DNA of 64,000 nucleotides from an uncultured Victivallaceae bacterium (GTDB taxonomy: Bacteria; Verrucomicrobiota; Lentisphaeria; Victivallales; Victivallaceae), in assembly GCA_964402715.1 (NCBI GenBank), contig CAYODJ010000007.1, positions 1 to 64,000 on the forward strand, given 5' to 3'. The notes below the pieces were generated by a model. That model saw only the letters and a list, made by a program, of their open reading frames with translations. It was not told the DNA's origin and searched no databases. This document shows, in pieces, positions 48,256 to 58,285 of this stretch (position 1 is the first letter of the stretch; each line of letters begins with the position of its first letter). A program made the position numbers and the translations under genes.

Positions 48256-49059
48256 TCAGAGCTGAATCGTCCGATAGCTGAAAGTGCGCTTCAGCGGATC
48301 GCAGGTGATCTCCACCATGCTGCCGTTCCTCGTCACGGAACCGGCGCAGTTCTCCCCGCGGCCGTCGGCGTCCGTCCGGTTGTACGGCCGGTGCACGTGA
48401 CCGCAGAGAGACAGATCAATCTCTCCCGACTCTATCAGCCGCCGCACCGGTTTCTCGCCGAAAAGGCGGTGACGGAGCCGCAGGAGCGGATGATCTTCGA
48501 AGATCGGGTAGTGATTCACCAGGATGCGGGGACGGCGGTGACTCTCCCCGCACTGCCGCCGCAGCCATGCGGCGTCTTTCGCCGCGAGAAATCCCCAGGA
48601 ACAGAGCAGATTGGACGGCCTCGCGGTGTTGACCAGCAGGAAATCGCAGCCGGCATGCCGTCTCAGCAGCGGGAAGTCTCCGAAGCCGAAGTCGCCGCGG
48701 GAGAGGAAATCCACCATTCCGCGGACGGCTTCGACGCAGTGCGGCCTCCTGACGTAGCAGTCGTGGTTGCCGGGAGTGTACAGGAGGGGAATCCCCGATT
48801 CCCTGAGCGGACGCAGAATCGGCAGGACTTTGGCGAACTCGCCCGGCTGACCGGTGCTGGTGAGATCGCCGGTGCAGACGACGACGTCGGGGCGCGTTTC
48901 GAGTATGTAGTCCACGGCGTGCTTCAGCTTGTGGAGATCATGCCGGTAGCGGCGGCGGAAGCGGTAGTTGAAAACGCCGACCCAGCGTTTGTCCATGTAC
49001 GCGAACACGTCTTCGGCGGGACCTCCGGCATGAGGATCGGAAAAATGAATAATTTTCAT
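48256..49059 (-). CDS. Calcineurin-like metallophosphoesterase
   Basis: MKIIHFSDPH...GDLTSTG...GNHD...GHVH motifs. Occupies only the 3' quarter of the artefactual 1070-aa ORF. Confidence 0.7.
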   Translation of the reverse strand: MKIIHFSDPHAGGPAEDVFAYMDKRWVGVFNYRFRRRYRHDLHKLKHAVDYILETRPDVVVCTGDLTSTGQPGEFAKVLPILRPLRESGIPLLYTPGNHDCYVRRPHCVEAVRGMVDFLSRGDFGFGDFPLLRRHAGCDFLLVNTARPSNLLCSWGFLAAKDAAWLRRQCGESHRRPRILVNHYPIFEDHPLLRLRHRLFGEKPVRRLIESGEIDLSLCGHVHRPYNRTDADGRGENCAGSVTRNGSMVEITCDPLKRTFSYRTIQL

Positions 49060-49356
49060 GTCGGGAACGTGCGTCTCCGCTGCGTTTTGGTCCTCTTCCG
49101 CCCGAAAGGCAGGCGTACGGACATCCGATCTACTGTATCTCCGGAGACCGCCGATTTCAAGGGCGGAACACGGTTCCGCCGCCCTTCGGGCCGCCGCCGG
49201 ATGGCGCGATTTTTTCCGGCCGCCCTTGCATTTTGGCAAATCGGGTGCTAATAATACAGGCGTGGTGGTGTCTACTCGGAAGACGGACATCCATGTTCTG
49301 TGTTCATCGTGTCGGATTCGCGTGCGGGTTGTCTTAAGCGGGAGATAGTCGCGGTT

Positions 49357-51303
49357 ATGGATGACAGGAATGATTTGCGGGCTGCGGTGGACCGCTCCCG
49401 GCTGATGGTCAGATTGTCGGCGGTCGGCGGCGTCTTGTCCCTGACGATGCTGATACTGGTCGTGATCATGGGCGTCGTCAAGGAAAGTTTCGCGGGATCC
49501 GATGTTTTCTCTCTGTCCGTGATTCCGTTGAGCCTGTCGCTGTTCTTCGCGGCGGCGGCGCTGGTCTACGGCGTCCTCGACAATGCGGCGGCGGCGGAGA
49601 GGGAGAGCAGATTCCTGCTGGAGAGACGCAAGGACAACCGCGTGCTCGACGCCGAGGAGGACGTGCGCTTCACGGCGGGCCGCTCCTTCGAGAACTACAG
49701 GAAGTACGCCCCCTACGTGGTGACCGTGGCGGCCGCCCTGGGCGCGGCTCTGCTGCTCTTTCTGTTCTACCGCTACTGGGCGGCGAGGACGGGCGGCGGC
49801 CCGAAGCCGCTGAACGCCTTGAATTCGGCTCTCGTCTCGTCGGTTCTGATGCTGATATGCATGTTCGGCGGCGCCTTCTTCGTGGGGCAGTCCCGGCAGA
49901 GTTCGTTCCGGTGGCTGCGTCCGCTGGGGAGCTGGCTGGTCGGCGCCGGCGGCGTCATGCTGGGCGGCGCGGTGGTGTCCGTCTGCAACCACAATCAGGT
50001 GGCTCTCGACAGGCCTCTGTCGCTGGTCGTCTTCTGGCTGCTGGGGGCACTGGACGCGGAGCTGCTGCTGAATTTCGTCATCGAGTTCTACCGTCCCAGG
50101 ACGCTGGCGGAGACGCGTCCCCTCTTCGAAAGCAGGCTGCTGGCCCTGTTCACCGAGCCGGGCGGCGTCATGCGCAACATGGCCGACGCGCTGGACTACC
50201 AGTTCGGCTTCAAGGTTTCGGGGACGTGGATTTACGGGTTCGTCGAACGCTCGCTGTTTCCGATATGCGTGGTGTGGGCGCTCACCCTCTGGCTGTTCAC
50301 GTCGATCCACGAGGTCGGTCCGGACGAGGTCGGAATACGCGAACGTTTCGGGAGCGTGGTGTCCGAGAAGCCGCTCCGCGCCGGAATCTACTTCGAAATG
50401 CCGTGGCCGTTCGGCAGCATCAACCGGTTCAGCTGCGCCCGCGTCCATGAGATAGTCGCCGGCGAGAACGAACATGCCGAGGACGGCGACCGCCGGCAGG
50501 GGAAAAAGCCGGAGGTGATTCTCTGGACCAAGGCGCATGCCTCCGGCGAGAACAATTTCGTCGTGGCGGTCGAGCCGGAGGGGAGCATGCAGCAGCGCGA
50601 GGACCGGGACGGCGTCTCGGTCGCGTTTCTGTCGCTGGGGATGCCGGTGCAGTACCGCATCAGGGAGAGCCAGCTGATGGACTACGCCTACAGGAACCGG
50701 GATCCGGAGGCGATGCTGAGGCATATCAGCGAACAGGTGGTGACGGAGTATCTGGCGAGCTGCTCGCTGATGCACATCATGTCCGACGGAAGGCACGAGG
50801 CCGCAAACGTGATGCGCAGGCGCATCCAGAAGCTCGCCGACGAGGAGAGGCTGGGCGTCGACGTCGTCGCGGTCAACCTGCTGGGGGTTCATCCTCCGGT
50901 GGAGAAGGTCGCGCCGGCATTCCAGGAGGTCATCGGCGCCATGGAGCAGAAGGAGGCGAGGGTGCTGGAGGCGAAGGCCTACGCCGCGAAAATTCTTCCC
51001 GACGCCGAATCGAAGGCGCGGCAGGTCGTGCAGGACGCGGAGTCGTATCGGTACAGGACCAGCAAGGTCGCGGAGGCCGAGAGCCAGCGGTTTGACAAGC
51101 AGCTGCGTTCGTATCAGGCCATGCCCGCGATGTTCATGCTGAACTCCCGTCTGTCTCTTCTGGAGAAGGACGCGGCCAACGCCCGGAAATTCATTTTGAG
51201 CTCTTCGCTGCGCAACGAGATTTACGAGCTCAATTTCGAACAGAAGGAGCGCCTTGATCTTATCGACGCGGATTTGGGAACGTTGGTCGACCGGAAAAAG
51301 TGA
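49357..51303 (+). CDS. HflK-like SPFH protein with an about 300-aa six-TM N-terminal extension
   Basis: C-terminal half matches HflK (EVGIRERFGSVVS...GIYFEMPWPFGSI...KAYAAKILPDAESKARQ). Upstream are six predicted TM helices. The track start 49300 is a GTG; the first ATG is at 49357. Confidence 0.6.
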   Translation: MDDRNDLRAAVDRSRLMVRLSAVGGVLSLTMLILVVIMGVVKESFAGSDVFSLSVIPLSLSLFFAAAALVYGVLDNAAAAERESRFLLERRKDNRVLDAEEDVRFTAGRSFENYRKYAPYVVTVAAALGAALLLFLFYRYWAARTGGGPKPLNALNSALVSSVLMLICMFGGAFFVGQSRQSSFRWLRPLGSWLVGAGGVMLGGAVVSVCNHNQVALDRPLSLVVFWLLGALDAELLLNFVIEFYRPRTLAETRPLFESRLLALFTEPGGVMRNMADALDYQFGFKVSGTWIYGFVERSLFPICVVWALTLWLFTSIHEVGPDEVGIRERFGSVVSEKPLRAGIYFEMPWPFGSINRFSCARVHEIVAGENEHAEDGDRRQGKKPEVILWTKAHASGENNFVVAVEPEGSMQQREDRDGVSVAFLSLGMPVQYRIRESQLMDYAYRNRDPEAMLRHISEQVVTEYLASCSLMHIMSDGRHEAANVMRRRIQKLADEERLGVDVVAVNLLGVHPPVEKVAPAFQEVIGAMEQKEARVLEAKAYAAKILPDAESKARQVVQDAESYRYRTSKVAEAESQRFDKQLRSYQAMPAMFMLNSRLSLLEKDAANARKFILSSSLRNEIYELNFEQKERLDLIDADLGTLVDRKK

Positions 51304-51343
51304 GTCAATCGGGCAGGAAGTCATTCGAGGAGGCGAGCAGGTT

Positions 51344-52279
51344 ATGTCATCGGAACGTTTTTTAAGGCACTGGCCGACGGTTTTGCTCGGCGTGATTGTG
51401 GCGGCGGTGCTGTTCGCGGCGATCGTCACGTACCGCGTCAACCAGAACGAGTGCGCCGTGGTCACCATGCTGGGCAGGATTCAGCAGGGCAGTCCCGGAC
51501 CCGGGCTGCATCTGCGGTGGCCGTACCCGTTTCAGCGCGTCTACAAGTTCGATCGGCGCACCCGCTGCTTCGAGGGCAACGCCGGCAAACTGGAGGAGTC
51601 CACGACCGCGGACGGGCAGAACGTCCTGATCGGAACCTTTGTCAACTACCGGATCAGCGATCCCAAATTGTTCTTCACCTCTTTCGAAAGGATCGGCGAG
51701 GCCGAAAAGCAGCTGAACAACTGGATGAGGGATTCGCGGAACGCGGTCTTCGGCCGCTACCGCTTCGCTCAGATCATCAACACCGACCCGGCGAAGATGA
51801 AGCTCGGGGTCATGCAGGACGAGATTCTCAGGGAGCTGGCGGATCGCGCGGCTCCGTTCGGGCTGGAGATTCAGTTCGTCGGCATAAACGTGATAAACGT
51901 GCCGACGACGATCAGCGAGGAGGTGTTCAAGCGCATGATTCAGGAGCGCAAGGTGGTGGCTCAGGATTACCTGTCGAGAGGGGCGCAGGAGGCGTCCGAC
52001 ATCCGGACCAAGGCGGATCAGAAGCGCGCCGAGATCCTCACCAACGCCGAGGCCACCGCCAAGAGCATCCGCGCCCAGGGGGACGCCGAGGCCGCCAAGT
52101 ATTACGAGGTCTTCAAGGAGAATCCGGAGCTGGCGGCTTTCCTGAGAAAGCTCGATTCGCTGCGGCAGATTATGAAGGGCCGCACCACATTGGTGCTCGA
52201 CACCAACGCCGCCCCGTTCGACCTGCTGAAGATCGGAGCGGACAAGCTGGCTCCGGCGGCGGGGCCGGTCGCGCACTGA
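51344..52279 (+). CDS. hflC: HflC-like SPFH/band-7 protein
   Basis: Single TM, then an SPFH domain and a coiled-coil tail (RGAQEASDIRTKADQKRAEILTNAEA). SD GAGGAGG before ATG 51344. Confidence 0.65.
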   Translation: MSSERFLRHWPTVLLGVIVAAVLFAAIVTYRVNQNECAVVTMLGRIQQGSPGPGLHLRWPYPFQRVYKFDRRTRCFEGNAGKLEESTTADGQNVLIGTFVNYRISDPKLFFTSFERIGEAEKQLNNWMRDSRNAVFGRYRFAQIINTDPAKMKLGVMQDEILRELADRAAPFGLEIQFVGINVINVPTTISEEVFKRMIQERKVVAQDYLSRGAQEASDIRTKADQKRAEILTNAEATAKSIRAQGDAEAAKYYEVFKENPELAAFLRKLDSLRQIMKGRTTLVLDTNAAPFDLLKIGADKLAPAAGPVAH

Positions 52280-52304
52280 CGGTCGGCGGGAGAAAGGCGG
52301 AATC

Positions 52305-53435
52305 ATGATGAAAACGGGAGATGACGTCGTGGACGCTGGCGGCGGTCAGTATGAACTGGGGCTCAAGTCGCTGATCCGCAGCATGCGGATCGCCTTCTTC
52401 ATGCTGCTGCTGCTGATCGTCGGCATGCTGGTCTATTTCTTCTCGCTGGGCGGCTATGTGGAGGTGAAGCCGCAGGAGGCGGTGATCGTGCTCCGTTTCG
52501 GCAGATTTCATCAGGTCTACGACGTCGGATGGCACTGGTTCGTGCCGTATCCGGTCACGAGCTTCGTGACGGTGCGGACCAGTCCGCAGTTCCTGCGGGT
52601 CGATTTCACGTCGGACGAGACATCCATAGACGGAGGCGGGGAGAGCGGCCGTTCGCTCGAACCGGGAAGGGACTCCTATCTGCTCACCGGCGACGCCAAC
52701 ATCATTCACACCGCGTGGAACGTCGCGTACCAGATTTCCGATCCGAGGAAATACTACGAGCGGCTGCAGACCCCCGCAGATCCGACCGCCCCCGACGATC
52801 TGGAGAAGGACGAGTACGGCTATACGGGGCGGCGCGGACCGCAGACGCTGCTCACCAATCTTTTCCGGCAGGCGGTGATACATGTCACCTCCGGTCTTAA
52901 AGTCGACGACATTCTCTACTCCAAGCAGAACGTGTACCGCGAGTCGGTGCAGCGGACGTTCGCCCGTCTGGTCGAAAACGCGGACTGCGGAATCGAGGTG
53001 ACCGGCGTGACGCTGGATCGCGCGTCGGTGCCGCTCAAGACGAAAGCCTCGTTCGACGAGGTGGCCGCCGCCAGCAACACGATGTCCACGCTGATCAACG
53101 AGGCCAAGGAGTACATGGTGCGGGTCAACAACGAGGTGAAATCCGACACCGTGGGCGTCATCGCCGACGCGGAGACCTACCGGAAGCAGGTGGTGTCCGA
53201 GGTCAAGGCCGGGAGCCAGTATTTCCGCAGCATCAACGAGGCCTACCGGGCCAGTCCCCGGACGGTGCTGATGGCTCTCTACAATCAGACTCTCGCCGAC
53301 GTGCTGACGGAGCAGGACGGGAAGTACATTCTGGGCACCGCGACCGCCGCGGATCGCAAACAGGTTCGACTCAAGATAAATCCGGAGCCGCCGCGCCTGG
53401 CGAATCCGGCGAATGCGGAGACGGATAATCCATGA
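52305..53435 (+). CDS. Third SPFH/band-7 domain membrane protein
   Basis: Single TM then an SPFH-like core (VIVLRFGRFHQV...GDANIIHTAWNVAYQISDP). Stop overlaps the ATPase ATG. Confidence 0.55.
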   Translation: MMKTGDDVVDAGGGQYELGLKSLIRSMRIAFFMLLLLIVGMLVYFFSLGGYVEVKPQEAVIVLRFGRFHQVYDVGWHWFVPYPVTSFVTVRTSPQFLRVDFTSDETSIDGGGESGRSLEPGRDSYLLTGDANIIHTAWNVAYQISDPRKYYERLQTPADPTAPDDLEKDEYGYTGRRGPQTLLTNLFRQAVIHVTSGLKVDDILYSKQNVYRESVQRTFARLVENADCGIEVTGVTLDRASVPLKTKASFDEVAAASNTMSTLINEAKEYMVRVNNEVKSDTVGVIADAETYRKQVVSEVKAGSQYFRSINEAYRASPRTVLMALYNQTLADVLTEQDGKYILGTATAADRKQVRLKINPEPPRLANPANAETDNP

Positions 53436-55483
53436 CTAGCCATGTGAACTGCAAATCTTGTTCGTTGGGCACGGAGGAGAGCGGAGAAGTCCGCCGTGAC
53501 CGTTCCGACGGAGACGACGGGGCGATCCGCGCGCCGGAGCACCGCCACGGGGACCTGAATCAGGCGGAGGCGGGAAGAGTCGCCTGTCCCTGCGGCCACG
53601 ACGCCGTCGGCGGCGTCGGGCACGACCGCGCCATGGGACGGGTGGCGTTCGCCCTCTGGGGCGGCATGCTGTGCGCCAACTCCTTTCTGCTGGAATGGCT
53701 GTTTCCGGAACAGCGGTTCTCCGCCATGCTCAGCGCCTTCCTCGGGGCCGTGGTGCTGGCTCTGCCCATCGTCGTCACCGCGATCAAGGATCTGCTGAAC
53801 GGCAAGGTCTACATGAACGAACTGGTGGCTCTGGCCATACTGGCGGCGCTGGTGAGCGGCGACTTCCAGAGCGCGGGCATCATCGCGTTCTTCCTGCTGC
53901 TGACCATCATCATCGAAACGAGGACCGCCAGCGGCGCGCAGCGCTCCATCGAGGAACTGATCAAGCTGACGCCGAACACCGCCAGGAAACTGGACGGCGA
54001 CCGCGAGGTGGAGGTCGACGTCTCGACGCTCCGGATCGGGGACGTCATAAGAGTGCGTCCGGGGGAGAACTTCCCCGTGGACGCCAGGATTCTGCACGGG
54101 GAGAGCACCGTCAACCAGTCGTCCATCACCGGCGAATCGCTGCCGGTCGACAAGGATGTGGACGACGAGGTGTACGCCGGCACGCAGAATCTGACCGGCG
54201 TGGTGGATCTGGAGGTCACCCGCGTCGGCGAGGACACCACTCTCGGCAAGGTGAAGGAGATGATCCTCGCTGCGGAGGGGAGCCGCTCCCCGGTGGTCCG
54301 GATCATCGACCGGTACGCGGGCTACTACACGCCGACGGTGTTGATGCTGGCCGGCGTCACGTGGTGCTTCACGACCGATATGGACAGGGTCATCACCCTG
54401 ATGGTGATCGCCTGTCCGTGCGCGGTCGTACTGGCGACTCCGACGGCGGTGGTGGCCGCCGTGGCCGCCGCGGCCCGGCTGGGCATTCTGATCAAGAACG
54501 TGAGCCATCTGGAGCTGGCCGCGCGCATCACCGCGTTCGTGTTCGACAAGACGGGGACCCTGACCGACGGCGTCCTGTCCGTCGTGAAGCTCAACGCCTT
54601 TTCCGGCTGCACGCAGGCGGAGCTGCTGAAGACGGCGGCGTCGGCGGAGCGTTACAGCAATCACCCGACGGCGCTGGCGCTGCAGTCGCTGGCCCAGGAG
54701 GCCGGCGTGCGGCTGGATTCCGTCGAGGATTTCCAGGAAGTCCACGGAAAGGGCGTGATGGGCCGGCTGGGCGGCGACGTGTGCCGGATCGGCAGGGCGA
54801 AGTGGATGACGGAGCAGGGGATAGAGATTCCGGAGCATGAGATTTCGGAGCAGGAGGGGATGAGCGTGGTCTACGTGGCGCGGGGCGGACGGCTGCTGGG
54901 ATGGATAGGATTCAAGGACAAGCTGCGGCGCGAGTCCGCCGCCATGATCGGCGGTCTGCGGAAACTTGGTGTCCGTTTCGTCGCGATGGTGACCGGGGAC
55001 AGGACGTCGGTGGCGGAGACGGTGGCTCAGCAGCTGCAGCTGGACGAGTTCCGCAGCGAGTGTCTGCCTGCGGGGAAGGTGGAGTTCGTCGAGACCGTCA
55101 AGGAGAAAGGTCTGGTCGCGGTGGTCGGCGACGGCGTGAACGACGCCCCGGCGCTGACGGCCGGGGATCTCGGCATCGCCATGGGCGCGATCGGAAGCGA
55201 CATCGCCATCAACAGCGCCTCCATCGCATTGATGACGAACGATCTCCGCCGCATACCGATGCTCGTGCATCTGTCCCGGAAGTCGCGCATGGTCATCAAT
55301 CAGAATCTGGTCTTCGGCATGCTGTTCGTCGTCGGCGGCATGGTCCTGTCGGTGTTCGGGTGGATGACTCCCATATGGGCCGCGGTGCTCCATACCTGCA
55401 GCACGCTGATCATCATCTTCAACAGCGGGCGTCTGGTCCGCACCGGTGAGGAATTGACGCTCGGGGAAAAATTCGATGGTTGA
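53432..55483 (+). CDS. P1B-type heavy-metal-translocating ATPase (CPC motif) with Cys/His-rich N-terminus instead of a canonical HMA domain
   Basis: TGES, CPC (VIACPCAVVLATP), DKTGTLT, GDGVNDAP. N-terminus has CKSC and CPCGHD His/Cys clusters. Confidence 0.8.
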   Translation: MTSHVNCKSCSLGTEESGEVRRDRSDGDDGAIRAPEHRHGDLNQAEAGRVACPCGHDAVGGVGHDRAMGRVAFALWGGMLCANSFLLEWLFPEQRFSAMLSAFLGAVVLALPIVVTAIKDLLNGKVYMNELVALAILAALVSGDFQSAGIIAFFLLLTIIIETRTASGAQRSIEELIKLTPNTARKLDGDREVEVDVSTLRIGDVIRVRPGENFPVDARILHGESTVNQSSITGESLPVDKDVDDEVYAGTQNLTGVVDLEVTRVGEDTTLGKVKEMILAAEGSRSPVVRIIDRYAGYYTPTVLMLAGVTWCFTTDMDRVITLMVIACPCAVVLATPTAVVAAVAAAARLGILIKNVSHLELAARITAFVFDKTGTLTDGVLSVVKLNAFSGCTQAELLKTAASAERYSNHPTALALQSLAQEAGVRLDSVEDFQEVHGKGVMGRLGGDVCRIGRAKWMTEQGIEIPEHEISEQEGMSVVYVARGGRLLGWIGFKDKLRRESAAMIGGLRKLGVRFVAMVTGDRTSVAETVAQQLQLDEFRSECLPAGKVEFVETVKEKGLVAVVGDGVNDAPALTAGDLGIAMGAIGSDIAINSASIALMTNDLRRIPMLVHLSRKSRMVINQNLVFGMLFVVGGMVLSVFGWMTPIWAAVLHTCSTLIIIFNSGRLVRTGEELTLGEKFDG

Positions 55484-55518
55484 ATGTCCTGTTCAAACGA
55501 GAGGAAGTTTCGCTTAAT

Positions 55519-56691
55519 ATGCCACAGCAGTCGACACCGGTAGTCAGCGCCGTCGGGCTGACCAAGACGTTCCGTGATTTCTGGGGGCGTCCAAAGGCGA
55601 AAGCCGTCAACGACGTTGATTTCGAGATCAGCGAGGGCGAGGTCGTCGGGCTGCTGGGGCCGAACGGCTCCGGCAAGTCGACCACGGTGAAGATGATTCT
55701 GGGGCTGCTGTATCCCACCGGCGGAACGCTGTCGGTGCTGGGAAGATCGCCGCGCGCGGTGGAGACCAAGCGCGAAATCGGCTATCTTCCGGAGGAGTCC
55801 TATCTGTACAAGTATCTCACGGCCGAGGAGACTCTGGATTTCTTCGGCGCCATGTTCAATCTGTCGCGGGCGGAGCGCAGACGGCGCGTCGACCAGCTGC
55901 TGGACATGGTCGGGATGGCGCATGCCAGGCGTCGGCGCGTCGGCGAGTTCTCCAAGGGAATGGCGCGGCGGATAGGGCTGGCGCAGGCCATGATCAACGA
56001 CCCGTCCTTTCTGGTTCTGGACGAACCGACTTCCGGTCTGGATCCTCTGGGGTGCAAGGAAGTCAAGAACATGATCCTGATGCTCAAGAAACGCGGCAAG
56101 ACGGTGCTGATCACCAGTCATCTGCTCAGCGACATCGAGGACGTCTGCGATCGGGTTATCATCCTGTACGGCGGGAGAGTGCGCGCCGTCGGCTCGCTGC
56201 AGGAGCTTCTCACCGTCGAGGACGAGAACAGGATCATCACGCCGGCCCTGCCGCCGGAGGCGATGAACAAGCTCGTGGCGTTGCTGCGGGAACATCTCCG
56301 CGGCGAAAAGTTTCTGATCGACCATCCGCATCGGACGCTCGAGGAATTCTTCCTGGACGTCATAAACCGCGCCAAGGAGGAAAGCGTCGAAACCGCCGGC
56401 GTCGTGGGCGGCGGAGAGATTGCGGAGTACCTCTCGGAGGACGGGAAGCGGGGCACGGTGCTCGATGAACTGATGAACGAGCAGGTGGTCGCGGCTTCCG
56501 TCGCCGAGGAAGCCCCTCGTGACGGCGCGGACGCGGCTCCGGACGTGGAGGAGAAACTGACGGAGCTGACGGACGCGGACGAACGCGGCGGTCATGAGGA
56601 GATGACGGCGGAGGAGATGCGGACAAAGGAGAAGGAGCAGATGGACGCCGTCAATGCCAGACTCGACGATTTGCTCGGCGGCAGAAAGTGA
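55519..56691 (+). CDS. ABC transporter ATP-binding protein (ABC-2 subtype) with acidic C-terminal extension
   Basis: Walker A GPNGSGKST, signature FSKGMARR, Walker B LVLDEPTSGLD. ATG 55519; the track's TTG 55480 overlaps the ATPase stop. Confidence 0.75.
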   Translation: MPQQSTPVVSAVGLTKTFRDFWGRPKAKAVNDVDFEISEGEVVGLLGPNGSGKSTTVKMILGLLYPTGGTLSVLGRSPRAVETKREIGYLPEESYLYKYLTAEETLDFFGAMFNLSRAERRRRVDQLLDMVGMAHARRRRVGEFSKGMARRIGLAQAMINDPSFLVLDEPTSGLDPLGCKEVKNMILMLKKRGKTVLITSHLLSDIEDVCDRVIILYGGRVRAVGSLQELLTVEDENRIITPALPPEAMNKLVALLREHLRGEKFLIDHPHRTLEEFFLDVINRAKEESVETAGVVGGGEIAEYLSEDGKRGTVLDELMNEQVVAASVAEEAPRDGADAAPDVEEKLTELTDADERGGHEEMTAEEMRTKEKEQMDAVNARLDDLLGGRK

Positions 56692-56854
56692 TCGCAGGCG
56701 AGTGCGCCGCCGGGGAATTTCCTCCTCCCGTCCGGGCGCGTTCCGCAGAGATTTCCGTGTGTTTCGCTCCGGGCGGGGCGCGCGCCGGCGATGAAGAGAT
56801 GAGAAATGGCGGCCTCGGGGAGAGGCTTGTCAGGTTTATGGACGCTTTTACGAT

Positions 56855-58285
56855 ATGAGAGCATTCGTCGCCATAGTTTGTCTGACGCTTCGCAACGCGG
56901 TGCGTTCGCATATCTTCCAGCTTCTGCTGTGCGTGCTGCTGCTGTGCGTCGGTCTGATTCCGACCATGATCAGCGGCGACGGCACCGCGACGGGATTCAT
57001 CCAGATATCGCTGCTTTACAGTCTGTCGGCGGTGATGCTGGTGCTGTCGCTGTCGTCGCTGTGGCTCGGCTGTCACATCATGACTCATGACGTGGACAGC
57101 TATCAGCTTCACATGGTCGTCGTCAAACCGGTGTCGCGATCGGTGATATGGCTGGGCAAATTCAGCGGTATTCTGCTCGTCAACACGGTTCTCCTGCTCT
57201 GCTCCGCGACGGTCGTCTATTTCATCATGATCGCGAAATTTTACCGGCAGGATTTTTCCCGGGAGGACCGCGATCGCATTGAAAACGAGGTCATGGTCGG
57301 GCGCAGGGTGTTTCTGCCGGATCGCCCCGACCTGGATCAGGCGGCGCGCGGCGCGCTGAGCGAGAAGCTGAAGGTGCTGGAGAAGCAGGGCAAGTCGCTG
57401 GATCGATCGCCGCAGGGCCAGGAGCGGATGCTCGCGGAGATGAAACGGGAGATTCTGGCGCGGATTTCCGAGCTCAGGCCGGGGCAGACCGTCTTCTGGA
57501 CTTTCTCCGGCATACCGGAGAATCTTCAGCGTCCGCTGTACATGCGCTACCGCGTGTACATCGACAAGGTCGCCACGGAGGGGCAGCGTCTGACTCACGG
57601 AATGTGGCAGATCGGCAAGCCGCGCGTCAAGGAGGAGAGGGGCGGCAACGTGTTCGAGCAGGCACGGCGGCGGGAATATGATCTATACATGTTTCAGCTG
57701 AGCGAGCTTCCGGAGCAGATCAAGAGCGGCGACTTTCATGAGAAGACGCTTCCGCCGGAATGGGGCGTCGTCGCGCCTGACGGCAAGGTGGTGATCGGCT
57801 ACACGAACCTCGACCGGCAGAGAGGCACGCAGCACTTTCAGCCGGCCGACGGTCCGAAGATCCTTCTGCGCGTCAGCGGATTCGCCGCCAACTATTTCCG
57901 CGCCGTGTTCGTGATTTTCCTGGAACTTGTGATTCTGACGGGGCTTGGATGCACCGCCGCCGCTCTGCTCAGCATGCCGACGGCGGTTTTCGTGGTGATC
58001 TCGTATCTGCTGTTCGGGAGTTTCGCCTCGTATCTGACCGGGGCGAGCTATTTCGGCAACACTGCGGACTACGTGGGCTACTACATCGGCAAACTGCTGC
58101 TCTGGGTGATAATACCGATTCAGAATTTCGAGGTGACGGGGCTGGTGGCGAACGGAGAGCTGGTGGAGTTCTCCCTGATATGGCGTCTCGTTTCCGGATA
58201 TCTGCTGCTGCGGGCGTTGCCGCTGATGGCGTTCGGCATCCTGATGTACCGTCGGCGCGAAATAGGGTTGATCATACGTAAATGA
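56855..58285 (+). CDS. ABC-2 family transporter permease with large extracytoplasmic loop
   Basis: N-terminal and C-terminal TM bundles flank an about 250-aa loop; follows the ABC ATPase. Confidence 0.55.
   Translation: MRAFVAIVCLTLRNAVRSHIFQLLLCVLLLCVGLIPTMISGDGTATGFIQISLLYSLSAVMLVLSLSSLWLGCHIMTHDVDSYQLHMVVVKPVSRSVIWLGKFSGILLVNTVLLLCSATVVYFIMIAKFYRQDFSREDRDRIENEVMVGRRVFLPDRPDLDQAARGALSEKLKVLEKQGKSLDRSPQGQERMLAEMKREILARISELRPGQTVFWTFSGIPENLQRPLYMRYRVYIDKVATEGQRLTHGMWQIGKPRVKEERGGNVFEQARRREYDLYMFQLSELPEQIKSGDFHEKTLPPEWGVVAPDGKVVIGYTNLDRQRGTQHFQPADGPKILLRVSGFAANYFRAVFVIFLELVILTGLGCTAAALLSMPTAVFVVISYLLFGSFASYLTGASYFGNTADYVGYYIGKLLLWVIIPIQNFEVTGLVANGELVEFSLIWRLVSGYLLLRALPLMAFGILMYRRREIGLIIRK

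Noticed and set aside
49060-51468. Upper 800 aa of the 1070-aa minus-strand ORF 48256-51468
   Set aside because: Only the last 267 aa, from ATG 49059, encode the metallophosphoesterase. The rest is antisense to the HflK-like gene.
53285-56595. 702-aa and 431-aa minus-strand ORFs
   Set aside because: Antisense to the P-type ATPase and ABC ATPase genes.
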